DNA from: an uncultured Clostridia bacterium
GTDB taxonomy: Bacteria; Bacillota; Clostridia; Oscillospirales; Acutalibacteraceae
Length of the DNA: 64,000 nucleotides
Direction of reading: 5' to 3'
NCBI GenBank assembly: GCA_944385105.1
Contig: CALWVR010000027.1
Coordinates: forward strand, 96,249-160,248
The notes under the pieces were generated by a model. That model was not told the origin of the DNA, did not search any database, and saw only the letters and a list, made by a program, of their open reading frames with translations. Shown here piece after piece: positions 9,809 to 16,839 of this stretch. How positions within the stretch are numbered: the first letter of the stretch is position 1; every line of letters begins with the position of its first letter. A program made the translations under genes and the position numbers.

Positions 9809-11995
9809 GTGAATTTTTCTGAAAAAGTAAAGGCAAAAAAGAAAGAAGAGAAGGAACAATATATACTTTCTTGTGAATTAATAGAAAAAGAGGCACTTGG
9901 ATTAAAAGACAAGAAACGTAAGTTACCTTCTGATATTAAAGAAAGACGAGGACAGTTACAAGAGGCAATAAACTTTGTTACACATTTTTATGATCTTGAT
10001 AGTATTGAGTTGCCAGAAAGGGCAGTTGGTAATGAATCTGAGATAGATACAGTTCTTGGAACTATAGGACTTACCAAGAGGAAAGTCGCTTTGACCAAAA
10101 AATGGTGGGTTAGAGGAGAAGGGCCAGTAATAGGTGTTGACCCTGATAATAATATAATTTGCTTAACCCCTCTTAAATTTGGTGGCTATAGCTATATAGA
10201 TCCAAAAACTAGAAAAGAGATTAGGGTAAGTAGAAGAAATGCAAAGAATATAGGGGGTACAGCATATTGTTTCTATAAACCATTCCCTATTAAATCAATG
10301 TCTATAAAAGACTTTATATTATATATGTTAAGATCTTTTACTAGATTTGACTTTGCATTCCTTGCCGTATTAGCATTATCGGCATCTTTGCTAGGTCTTA
10401 TTACCCCAGCTATAAACCAAATGATTTATAGTAATATTGTACCTTCAGGTAGAATAGACGATATTTTTCCACTAATATCACTAATGGTAGGTGCCATTAT
10501 AACAATAGTTATATTTAATTTGTTTGAAACTTTATGGATATTGAGGATAGGTGATAAAATACAGTTTAGTACGCAGGGAGCTTTGTGGATACGACTTCTT
10601 AATCTACCTATGAGTTTCTTTAAAGATTATAGCGCCGGTGACCTTACAATGCGTACGTTTAGTTTAAATTCAGTTTGTAATACAATTAGTAGTAGCCTAA
10701 TACCGTCTGTTTTAACAGCAGTATTCTCAGTTGTATATTTAGGACAGATAGCTTCTATTTCATCTGTACTACTAACACCTACAATCCTAATAATAATTGT
10801 AACCATCATTGTAATGCTATTAAATGGATACCTTAATGTAAAACTTAATAAGAAATCGAATGAATTATCACCAAAACTTTCAGGTCTTATTAACCAACTC
10901 TTTTCAGGTGTATCCAAAATAAAACTAGCAGGTGCAGAGGTTAGAGCTTTCGCAAAATGGTCTGACTTATACTCACAAATGGCTAAAATTAAATATAATC
11001 CAAATTTGTTTATAAAGATGTATTCAGCTGTTAATGCAGCGGTTAGCCTTGGTGGAACAATGTTACTATACTTTGTTGCATATCAAAACAACTTAGCTGT
11101 GGCTGACTTCATAGCATTTAATACAGCATATGGTTCATTTTCAGCAGCTATAACAAGAGTTGCGAGTATAGTTCTTGAAATAGCAAACTTAAAGCCTACG
11201 ATAGACTTGCTTGAACCTATATTTGAAGCAGTTCCAGAGGGAGGACAGTTAAAAACCAGAGTTGATGATATAACGGGAAAAATTGATATTAATAATCTTA
11301 AATTTAGATATACAAAAGATGGTCCTCTAATTATAAATGATCTTAATTTATCTATAAAACCTGGAGAATATTTGGGAATAGTTGGTTCTACAGGATGCGG
11401 TAAGTCTACATTGTTTAGACTACTGTTAGGTTTTGAGAAACCAGAATCAGGAGCTATATATTATGATAATAAAAACATGGAAAATTTAGATTTGCATAGT
11501 GTAAGAAGGCGCATAGGAATAGTACTACAAAATGGTTCCATGTTCTCAGATAGTATATATTCTAATATAACAATAACAAACCCTACAGCTTCAATGGATG
11601 AAGCATGGGAAGCAGCAGAGAAAGCTGGATGTGCTGATGACATAAAGTCTATGCCAATGGGTATGCATACTATGGTTTCAGAAGATGGAGGAGGCCTATC
11701 AGGAGGACAACGTCAAAGAATGATGATAGCAAGAGCCCTAATTTCGTCTCCACAATTACTAATGTTTGATGAAGCAACTAGTGCTCTTGATAATATTTCC
11801 CAGGCAACAGTTGTTGACACACTTGCAAAAATGGATATAACAAGAATTGTAATAGCACATAGACTTTCAACGATAAAGAAGTGCGATAGAATAATATACT
11901 TGCACAAAGGAAAGATAGTTGAAGAAGGAACTTACGATGAACTGATGAACCTAAATGGAAGATTTGCAGAACTTGCTAGAAGACAATTAGTGTAA
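9809..11995 (+). CDS. Second ABC exporter (permease/ATPase) lacking C39 catalytic motifs
   Basis: GTG start after GGAGGTG. The N-terminal domain of about 165 aa has no Cys/His peptidase motifs. A TM domain follows, then Walker A GSTGCGKST, signature LSGGQRQR and Walker B LMFDEATSALD. Confidence 0.9.
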   Translation: MNFSEKVKAKKKEEKEQYILSCELIEKEALGLKDKKRKLPSDIKERRGQLQEAINFVTHFYDLDSIELPERAVGNESEIDTVLGTIGLTKRKVALTKKWWVRGEGPVIGVDPDNNIICLTPLKFGGYSYIDPKTRKEIRVSRRNAKNIGGTAYCFYKPFPIKSMSIKDFILYMLRSFTRFDFAFLAVLALSASLLGLITPAINQMIYSNIVPSGRIDDIFPLISLMVGAIITIVIFNLFETLWILRIGDKIQFSTQGALWIRLLNLPMSFFKDYSAGDLTMRTFSLNSVCNTISSSLIPSVLTAVFSVVYLGQIASISSVLLTPTILIIIVTIIVMLLNGYLNVKLNKKSNELSPKLSGLINQLFSGVSKIKLAGAEVRAFAKWSDLYSQMAKIKYNPNLFIKMYSAVNAAVSLGGTMLLYFVAYQNNLAVADFIAFNTAYGSFSAAITRVASIVLEIANLKPTIDLLEPIFEAVPEGGQLKTRVDDITGKIDINNLKFRYTKDGPLIINDLNLSIKPGEYLGIVGSTGCGKSTLFRLLLGFEKPESGAIYYDNKNMENLDLHSVRRRIGIVLQNGSMFSDSIYSNITITNPTASMDEAWEAAEKAGCADDIKSMPMGMHTMVSEDGGGLSGGQRQRMMIARALISSPQLLMFDEATSALDNISQATVVDTLAKMDITRIVIAHRLSTIKKCDRIIYLHKGKIVEEGTYDELMNLNGRFAELARRQLV

Positions 11996-12024
11996 ACGTT
12001 AGACTAAGGAGGTGAATAGTTTTT

Positions 12025-12327
12025 ATGAGTAATGAGTTGGAAAAATTCTTTTTAAGGATTATAGAGGATCCGGATTTCAGAGACATTTTTTGTTCGGCTA
12101 CATCAGTAGAGGAGGGCTATAAATTAGCCCTACCATACATTGATGGCGTCTCTTTTGAAGAATTTAAAAAAGGATTACATGATATACAGAATAAGTCAAA
12201 GCATAAACAAAAAATATCTAATGAAAAATTGAAGAAGGTTTTAGGTGGAACTGATTTATTAGATAATGCTTTGAAAATATTATCTAGCTATTCATCAAAG
12301 GAAGAGTTTTTATCTCAAGTGCATTGA
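12025..12327 (+). CDS. Divergent Nif11-like-leader precursor; cleavage motif KKVLGG; core TDLLDNALKILSSYSSKEEFLSQVH
   Basis: RBS AAGGAGGTG. The N-terminal segment F..II.DPDFRD resembles a Nif11 domain, followed by a GG motif and a 25-aa core predicted to be helical. Confidence 0.65.
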   Translation: MSNELEKFFLRIIEDPDFRDIFCSATSVEEGYKLALPYIDGVSFEEFKKGLHDIQNKSKHKQKISNEKLKKVLGGTDLLDNALKILSSYSSKEEFLSQVH

Positions 12328-12343
12328 AGAAAAGAGGTAAATA

Positions 12344-12664
12344 ATGGAGAAGTTTTTAAATTTATTAGTAGAAGATGAGAAAATTAGAGAGCAATTTTTG
12401 CTACAAAGGACTCCTGAAGGCGCGTACAGAATAGCAAAACCCTACCTTGACGATATGACAAGTGATGAATTTAAAGACAGTTTAGCAGGCCTTATTGAAT
12501 CATTTGAATCTGATGATGACTCTAAGAAAATAGTTGACGATAAAAAATTGGGAGATGTTTCAGGAGGAAAAGCAGCGGAATATATAATAAATAACATGGA
12601 AGATTATATTAATAAAGATTTAAAAGAAGCTTTATCGGTAACATTTGATTTTGCAAAACAGTAG
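12344..12664 (+). CDS. Divergent Nif11-like-leader precursor; cleavage motif GDVSGG; core KAAEYIINNMEDYINKDLKEALSVTFDFAKQ
   Basis: RBS AAGAGG. Nif11-like N-terminus, acidic linker, GG motif and a 31-aa helical-looking core. Confidence 0.65.
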   Translation: MEKFLNLLVEDEKIREQFLLQRTPEGAYRIAKPYLDDMTSDEFKDSLAGLIESFESDDDSKKIVDDKKLGDVSGGKAAEYIINNMEDYINKDLKEALSVTFDFAKQ

Positions 12665-12680
12665 TAAAGGAGGAAAACTA

Positions 12681-12872
12681 ATGGAAGGCATTACAGAGCT
12701 TAAAGAAAAGCTTGAAGAGGATTCTAAATTTAGGGCTTTATTCTTGGAAATTGAGCATTTAGATGATGCCGTGGCTATTGCAAGAGAAAATGGATATGAT
12801 ATTTCTATAGATGATTTAGAAGAAGACGTAGAGTTATTTGATAACTTAATTGATATAAGTACAGGTAGCTAG
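12681..12872 (+). CDS. Stand-alone Nif11-like domain protein, 63 aa, no double-glycine motif and no core
   Basis: The real start is ATG 12681 after AAAGGAGGA; the track ORF from 12645 overlaps the previous gene. AVAIARENGYDISIDDLEED matches the leader consensus, but the protein ends ...DISTGS. Confidence 0.6.
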   Translation: MEGITELKEKLEEDSKFRALFLEIEHLDDAVAIARENGYDISIDDLEEDVELFDNLIDISTGS

Positions 12873-12958
12873 ATTAAGCAGAAACAATATAGTAACTTTT
12901 AAGAACATTTATTGCAATGAACAAGTGATTTATAAAAATATGTAAGGGAGGTGATGCT

Positions 12959-13204
12959 TTGGATAATATGGAGGAGTTTAAGAAAAGGATGGAAGATCCA
13001 GATTTTGTAAAACTATTTAGGAATGCAAACACAAATGAAGAAATAATAGAAATAGCAAGGCAGCAAGGATATAATATTGATGAAGAAATGGTGGAAAAAT
13101 TTAAGCTGTCTGAAGATATGCTTGAAGAAATTGCGGGTGGGAGTAAGGATACCTATAGAGCAGGGAAGGATCTTAATATAATTACTACAATTTCTTATAA
13201 ATAG
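12959..13204 (+). CDS. Nif11-like-leader precursor; leader ends EEIAGG; core SKDTYRAGKDLNIITTISYK
   Basis: GGAGGTG RBS. Start is TTG 12959 or ATG 12968. The leader IIEIARQQGYNIDEEMV...LSEDMLEEIAGG is homologous to the downstream array. Confidence 0.8.
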   Translation: MDNMEEFKKRMEDPDFVKLFRNANTNEEIIEIARQQGYNIDEEMVEKFKLSEDMLEEIAGGSKDTYRAGKDLNIITTISYK

Positions 13205-13284
13205 TTAAAAGATTGCCTTTTAGGATTAATATGATGTAGCTAGAAGTGTTAATAAGTTTAAAAAATAAATCATACTTGAAAATT

Positions 13285-13448
13285 TCCAGTGGTATTTAGT
13301 AATGCAGAAACAGATGAGGCAGTAATATAACAAGGGTGTTAATAACTAAAAGATTTTTAAAGTATTTGAAATAACATGTGATACACTCAATTTTGTGGCT
13401 GTAGAAAAACGTGTTACAGCCAGTGAAGATAAATTTATGTGTAACTAA
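13285..13448 (+). pseudogene. Decayed copy of a Nif11-like precursor gene
   Basis: The DNA aligns by eye to the paralog leaders: TATTTAGTAATGCAGAAACAGATGAGG, then TTTGAAATAACATGTGATACACTCAATTTTGTGGCTGTAGAAAAA versus TTTGAAATGACGGATGAAATGCTCGAATCCGTGGCTGGAGG. It has in-frame stops, no start codon or RBS, and GG is replaced by VE. Confidence 0.7.
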
Positions 13449-13502
13449 AAGCTAATTACAAAGAGTATAAAATATTTTTATAAATTTAAGGAGGAAAATA
13501 AA

Positions 13503-13766
13503 ATGAAAAATGCTAAAGAATTTGAAAAAAGAATGCATGATGAGGAATTTGCAAAGCTATTTAGTAATGCAGAGACAAACGAAGATATAATAAGGATAGC
13601 ACACGAGCAGGGTTATGAAATAAGTAAAGAGGATATTAAGCATTTTAAAATGACAGATGAAATGCTAGAATCCGTAGCCGGAGGAAAACATGACACAGCG
13701 GGTAGAGATATAAACAGACATACTTATATAGAGGTATATGCAAATCCCAATATAACTACTCACTAA
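13503..13766 (+). CDS. Nif11-like-leader precursor (N-type leader); core KHDTAGRDINRHTYIEVYANPNITTH
   Basis: RBS AAGGAGGAAAATAAAATG. The 61-aa leader ends MTDEMLESVAGG. Confidence 0.9.
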   Translation: MKNAKEFEKRMHDEEFAKLFSNAETNEDIIRIAHEQGYEISKEDIKHFKMTDEMLESVAGGKHDTAGRDINRHTYIEVYANPNITTH

Positions 13767-13816
13767 TCATAAAGATGGGAAGGTATTTTCGTTAACTTAT
13801 AAGGAGGGGGAAGTAA

Positions 13817-14086
13817 ATGAAAAGTGCTAAAGAATTTGAAGAAAGAATGCATGATGAGGAATTTGCAAAGCTATTTAGTGATGCAGAGACCAACGAAGAT
13901 ATAATAAGGATAGCACATGAGCAGGGTTATGAAATAGGCAAAGAGGATATTAAGCATTTTAAAATGACAGATGAAATGCTAGAATCCGTAGCCGGAGGAA
14001 AATATGATACAGCAGGTAGAGATATGACAACAAGTACTTATGTAAATATATATGCAAGTCCATATATAACTACGCACTCATCATAA
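13817..14086 (+). CDS. Nif11-like-leader precursor (N-type leader); core KYDTAGRDMTTSTYVNIYASPYITTHSS
   Basis: RBS AAGGAGGGGG. The leader is near-identical to 13503. Confidence 0.9.
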   Translation: MKSAKEFEERMHDEEFAKLFSDAETNEDIIRIAHEQGYEIGKEDIKHFKMTDEMLESVAGGKYDTAGRDMTTSTYVNIYASPYITTHSS

Positions 14087-14130
14087 AGATGGTGAAGTAT
14101 TTTAGTTAATCTATAAGGAGGAGAAAATAA

Positions 14131-14394
14131 ATGAAAGGTGCTAAAGAATTTGAGCAAAGAATGAATGACAAGGAATTCGCAAAGCTATTTAGTAATGCAG
14201 AGACAAACGAAGATATAATAAGGATAGCACATGAGCAGGGTTATGAAATAGGCAAAGAGGATATTAAGAATTTTAAAATGACAGATGAAATGCTAGAATC
14301 CGTAGCCGGAGGAAAATATGATAAAGCAGGTAGAGACATAAACAGAATTACTTATATAGAGTTTGGTATAAATCCAAATATAAAGTCAAAGTAA
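14131..14394 (+). CDS. Nif11-like-leader precursor (N-type leader); core KYDKAGRDINRITYIEFGINPNIKSK
   Basis: RBS AAGGAGGAG. Conserved leader ending SVAGG. Confidence 0.9.
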   Translation: MKGAKEFEQRMNDKEFAKLFSNAETNEDIIRIAHEQGYEIGKEDIKNFKMTDEMLESVAGGKYDKAGRDINRITYIEFGINPNIKSK

Positions 14395-14440
14395 AGATGC
14401 TAATGAATTTTTATTGATTTGTAACAGGAGGAAAAATAAA

Positions 14441-14680
14441 ATGAAGAATGCTAAAGAATTTAAAGAAAGAATGCATGATGAGGAGTTTGCAAAGCTATTT
14501 AGCAATGCAGAAACAGATGAGGAGATAATAAAGATAGCCGCAGAGCAGGGGTATGAGATAACAAAAGAGGACATACAAGACTTTGAGATGACGGACGAAA
14601 TGCTCGAATCTGTGGCAGGGGGCAAAGGAGAAACAACTTATAATGCATACGGAAATATGACAATTTACGTAGATCAATAG
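14441..14680 (+). CDS. Nif11-like-leader precursor (D-type leader); core KGETTYNAYGNMTIYVDQ
   Basis: True start is ATG 14441 after AGGAGGAAAAATAAA; the track ORF begins upstream at 14414. Leader is NAETDEEIIKIAAEQGYEITKEDIQDFEMTDEMLESVAGG. Confidence 0.9.
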   Translation: MKNAKEFKERMHDEEFAKLFSNAETDEEIIKIAAEQGYEITKEDIQDFEMTDEMLESVAGGKGETTYNAYGNMTIYVDQ

Positions 14681-14828
14681 AGTAGATTGGTATTTAAGCC
14701 AAAAAAGATTTAATATTATTATAAATAGAATAATATTAAATTTAGAAAGGACCCTTGTGTAAAGAATGTTGAAAGAAAACGACAGCTTTTAAAAATGTTA
14801 ATTATAAGTTTTGGAGGTGAAAAATAAA

Positions 14829-15068
14829 ATGAAAAATGCTAAAGAATTTAAAGAAAGAATGCATGAAGAGGAATTTGCAAAGCTATTTAGCAATGCAGAA
14901 ACAGATGAGGATATAATAAGGATAGCTGCAGAACAGGGCTATGAGATAACAAAAGACGATATACAAGACTTTGAGATGACGGACGAAATGCTCGAATCCG
15001 TGGCAGGCGGAAAAGGAGAAACAACTTATACTGCATACGGAAATATGACAATTTACGTAGATCAATAG
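14829..15068 (+). CDS. Nif11-like-leader precursor (D-type leader); core KGETTYTAYGNMTIYVDQ
   Basis: True start is ATG 14829 after GGAGGTGAAAAATAAA. The core differs from 14441 by one residue (N to T). Confidence 0.9.
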   Translation: MKNAKEFKERMHEEEFAKLFSNAETDEDIIRIAAEQGYEITKDDIQDFEMTDEMLESVAGGKGETTYTAYGNMTIYVDQ

Positions 15069-15245
15069 GATAGATTGGTGTTTAAGTTAAAAAATGCAAT
15101 ATTATTATAAATAGAATAATATTGAATTTAAGGTCAACTTTTATACAAATAGGAAGTAATGTCTTTTAGAACAAATAAAAGTCTTGCAAGTATTGTAAGA
15201 AAGAGGTAGAGGTGTAATAATTATAAGATTAAGAAGGGAAATAAA

Positions 15246-15494
15246 ATGAAAAGTGCTGAAGAATTTAAAGAAAGAATGCATGAAGAAGAATTTGCAAAGC
15301 TATTTAGCAATGCAGAAACAGATGAGGAGATAATAAAGATAGCCGCAGAGCAGGGCTATGAGATAACAAAAGAGGATATAGAAAACTTTGAAATGACGGA
15401 TGAAATGCTCGAATCCGTGGCTGGAGGTAAGGGTACTACTATAATATCTGATGGGGATATATATGTAGAGTCATATACGACCGTAATAATATAA
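15246..15494 (+). CDS. Nif11-like-leader precursor (D-type leader); core KGTTIISDGDIYVESYTTVII
   Basis: Conserved leader ending SVAGG. RBS AAGAAGGGAAATAAA. Confidence 0.88.
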   Translation: MKSAEEFKERMHEEEFAKLFSNAETDEEIIKIAAEQGYEITKEDIENFEMTDEMLESVAGGKGTTIISDGDIYVESYTTVII

Positions 15495-15536
15495 AAGTAT
15501 AGTGAAAATTTTTATAAATTTAAGGAGGAAAATAAA

Positions 15537-15803
15537 ATGAAAAATGCTAAAGAATTTAAAGAGAGAATGCATGAAGAGGAATTTGCAAAGCTATTTAGCA
15601 ATGCAGAAACAGATGAGGATATAATAAAGATAGCCGCAGAGCAGGGCTATGAGATAACAAAAGAGGATATACAAAACTTTGAAATGACGGACGAAATGCT
15701 CGAATCCGTGGCTGGCGGAAAAAATGACCATTATGAAGCCGGTGGAAGTATAACTACTAATACCTATACGGATATAGAAATAAGCCCTAACATAGGTTTA
15801 TAA
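15537..15803 (+). CDS. Nif11-like-leader precursor (D-type leader); core KNDHYEAGGSITTNTYTDIEISPNIGL
   Basis: RBS AAGGAGGAAAATAAA and the conserved leader. A second internal GG lies 8 residues after the first. Confidence 0.9.
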   Translation: MKNAKEFKERMHEEEFAKLFSNAETDEDIIKIAAEQGYEITKEDIQNFEMTDEMLESVAGGKNDHYEAGGSITTNTYTDIEISPNIGL

Positions 15804-15845
15804 AATATTAGTAAAAAGCTTTATAAAATTAAGGAGGAAAATAAA

Positions 15846-16118
15846 ATGAAGAATGCTAAAGAATTTAAAGAAAGAATGCATGAAGAGGAATTTGCAAAAC
15901 TATTTAGCAATGCAGAAACAGATGAGGATATAATAAAGATAGCCGCAGAGCAGGGCTATGAGATAACAAAAGAGGATATACAAAACTTTGAAATGACGGA
16001 CGAAATGCTCGAATCCGTGGCTGGAGGGAAAAATGACGATTATAGTGCCGGTGGAAGTATAACTACTAATGACTATACGAATATAGAAATAAATCCGACT
16101 ATAAAAAAAGGTCTATAA
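15846..16118 (+). CDS. Nif11-like-leader precursor (D-type leader); core KNDDYSAGGSITTNDYTNIEINPTIKKGL
   Basis: The leader DNA differs from 15537 by only a handful of substitutions, while the core is diverged. Confidence 0.9.
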   Translation: MKNAKEFKERMHEEEFAKLFSNAETDEDIIKIAAEQGYEITKEDIQNFEMTDEMLESVAGGKNDDYSAGGSITTNDYTNIEINPTIKKGL

Positions 16119-16152
16119 TGAAAAATTTTGAAAAATTAAGGAGGAAAATAAA

Positions 16153-16419
16153 ATGAAAAATGCTAAAGAATTTAAAGAAAGAATGAATGAAGAGGAATTT
16201 GCAAAGCTATTTAGCAATGCAGAAACAGATGAGGATATAATAAGGATAGCCGCAGAACAGGGCTATGAGATAACAAAAGAGGATATACAAAACTTTGAAA
16301 TGACGGACGAAATGCTCGAATCCGTGGCTGGAGGGAAAGGTGACGATTATAGTGCCGGTGGAGATATAACCACTACCTCAAGTACGACGGTACAAATAAG
16401 TCCTAACATAGGTTTATAA
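16153..16419 (+). CDS. Nif11-like-leader precursor (D-type leader); core KGDDYSAGGDITTTSSTTVQISPNIGL
   Basis: RBS AAGGAGGAAAATAAA. Conserved leader ending SVAGG. Confidence 0.9.
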   Translation: MKNAKEFKERMNEEEFAKLFSNAETDEDIIRIAAEQGYEITKEDIQNFEMTDEMLESVAGGKGDDYSAGGDITTTSSTTVQISPNIGL

Positions 16420-16460
16420 AATAGCAGTAGGAAATTTTTAAAAGTAAGGAGAAGGATAAA

Positions 16461-16751
16461 GTGAAGAATGCTAAGGAATTTAAAGAAAGAATGCATGATG
16501 AGGAATTTGCAAAGCTATTTAGCAATGCAGAAACAGATGAGGAGATAATAAAGATAGCCGCAGAGCAGGGCTATGAGATAACAAAAGAGGATGTACAAGA
16601 CTTTGAAATGACGGATGAAATGCTCGAATCTGTGGCAGGGGGAAAAGGACTGTTTGGCAACAAAACTGATGAAATTCATGCAGAAGGAGAAGTAAACAGT
16701 ACTTCGAGTTTTAGTATAAATGGTGTAACTTTATTTACAAAGAAAAATTGA
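16461..16751 (+). CDS. Nif11-like-leader precursor (D-type leader); core KGLFGNKTDEIHAEGEVNSTSSFSINGVTLFTKKN
   Basis: GTG start after AAGGAGAAGG. Conserved leader and the longest core, which is unrelated to the others. Confidence 0.85.
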   Translation: MKNAKEFKERMHDEEFAKLFSNAETDEEIIKIAAEQGYEITKEDVQDFEMTDEMLESVAGGKGLFGNKTDEIHAEGEVNSTSSFSINGVTLFTKKN

Positions 16752-16839
16752 AATAATAGTAAAATTTTTGTTTAATAACTATAATAAGTGGCTTTTAATA
16801 TTAGAAGGTTTTATATTTAAATGTGAGAGGTGAAGAAAG

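Noticed and set aside
14386-15065. Minus-strand ORFs 14386-14625, 14495-14677 and 14883-15065 antisense to precursor genes
   Set aside because: They are shadow ORFs of the conserved leader sequence, repeated only because the leader is repeated. They have no RBS and a Cys/Phe/Ile-rich nonsense composition.
13503-16751. Regular 300-400-bp periodic repeats that could suggest a CRISPR-like or satellite array
   Set aside because: The repeated unit is a translated 61-codon leader with its own RBS and start. The variable parts are in-frame cores ending in stop codons. This is a gene family, not a CRISPR array.
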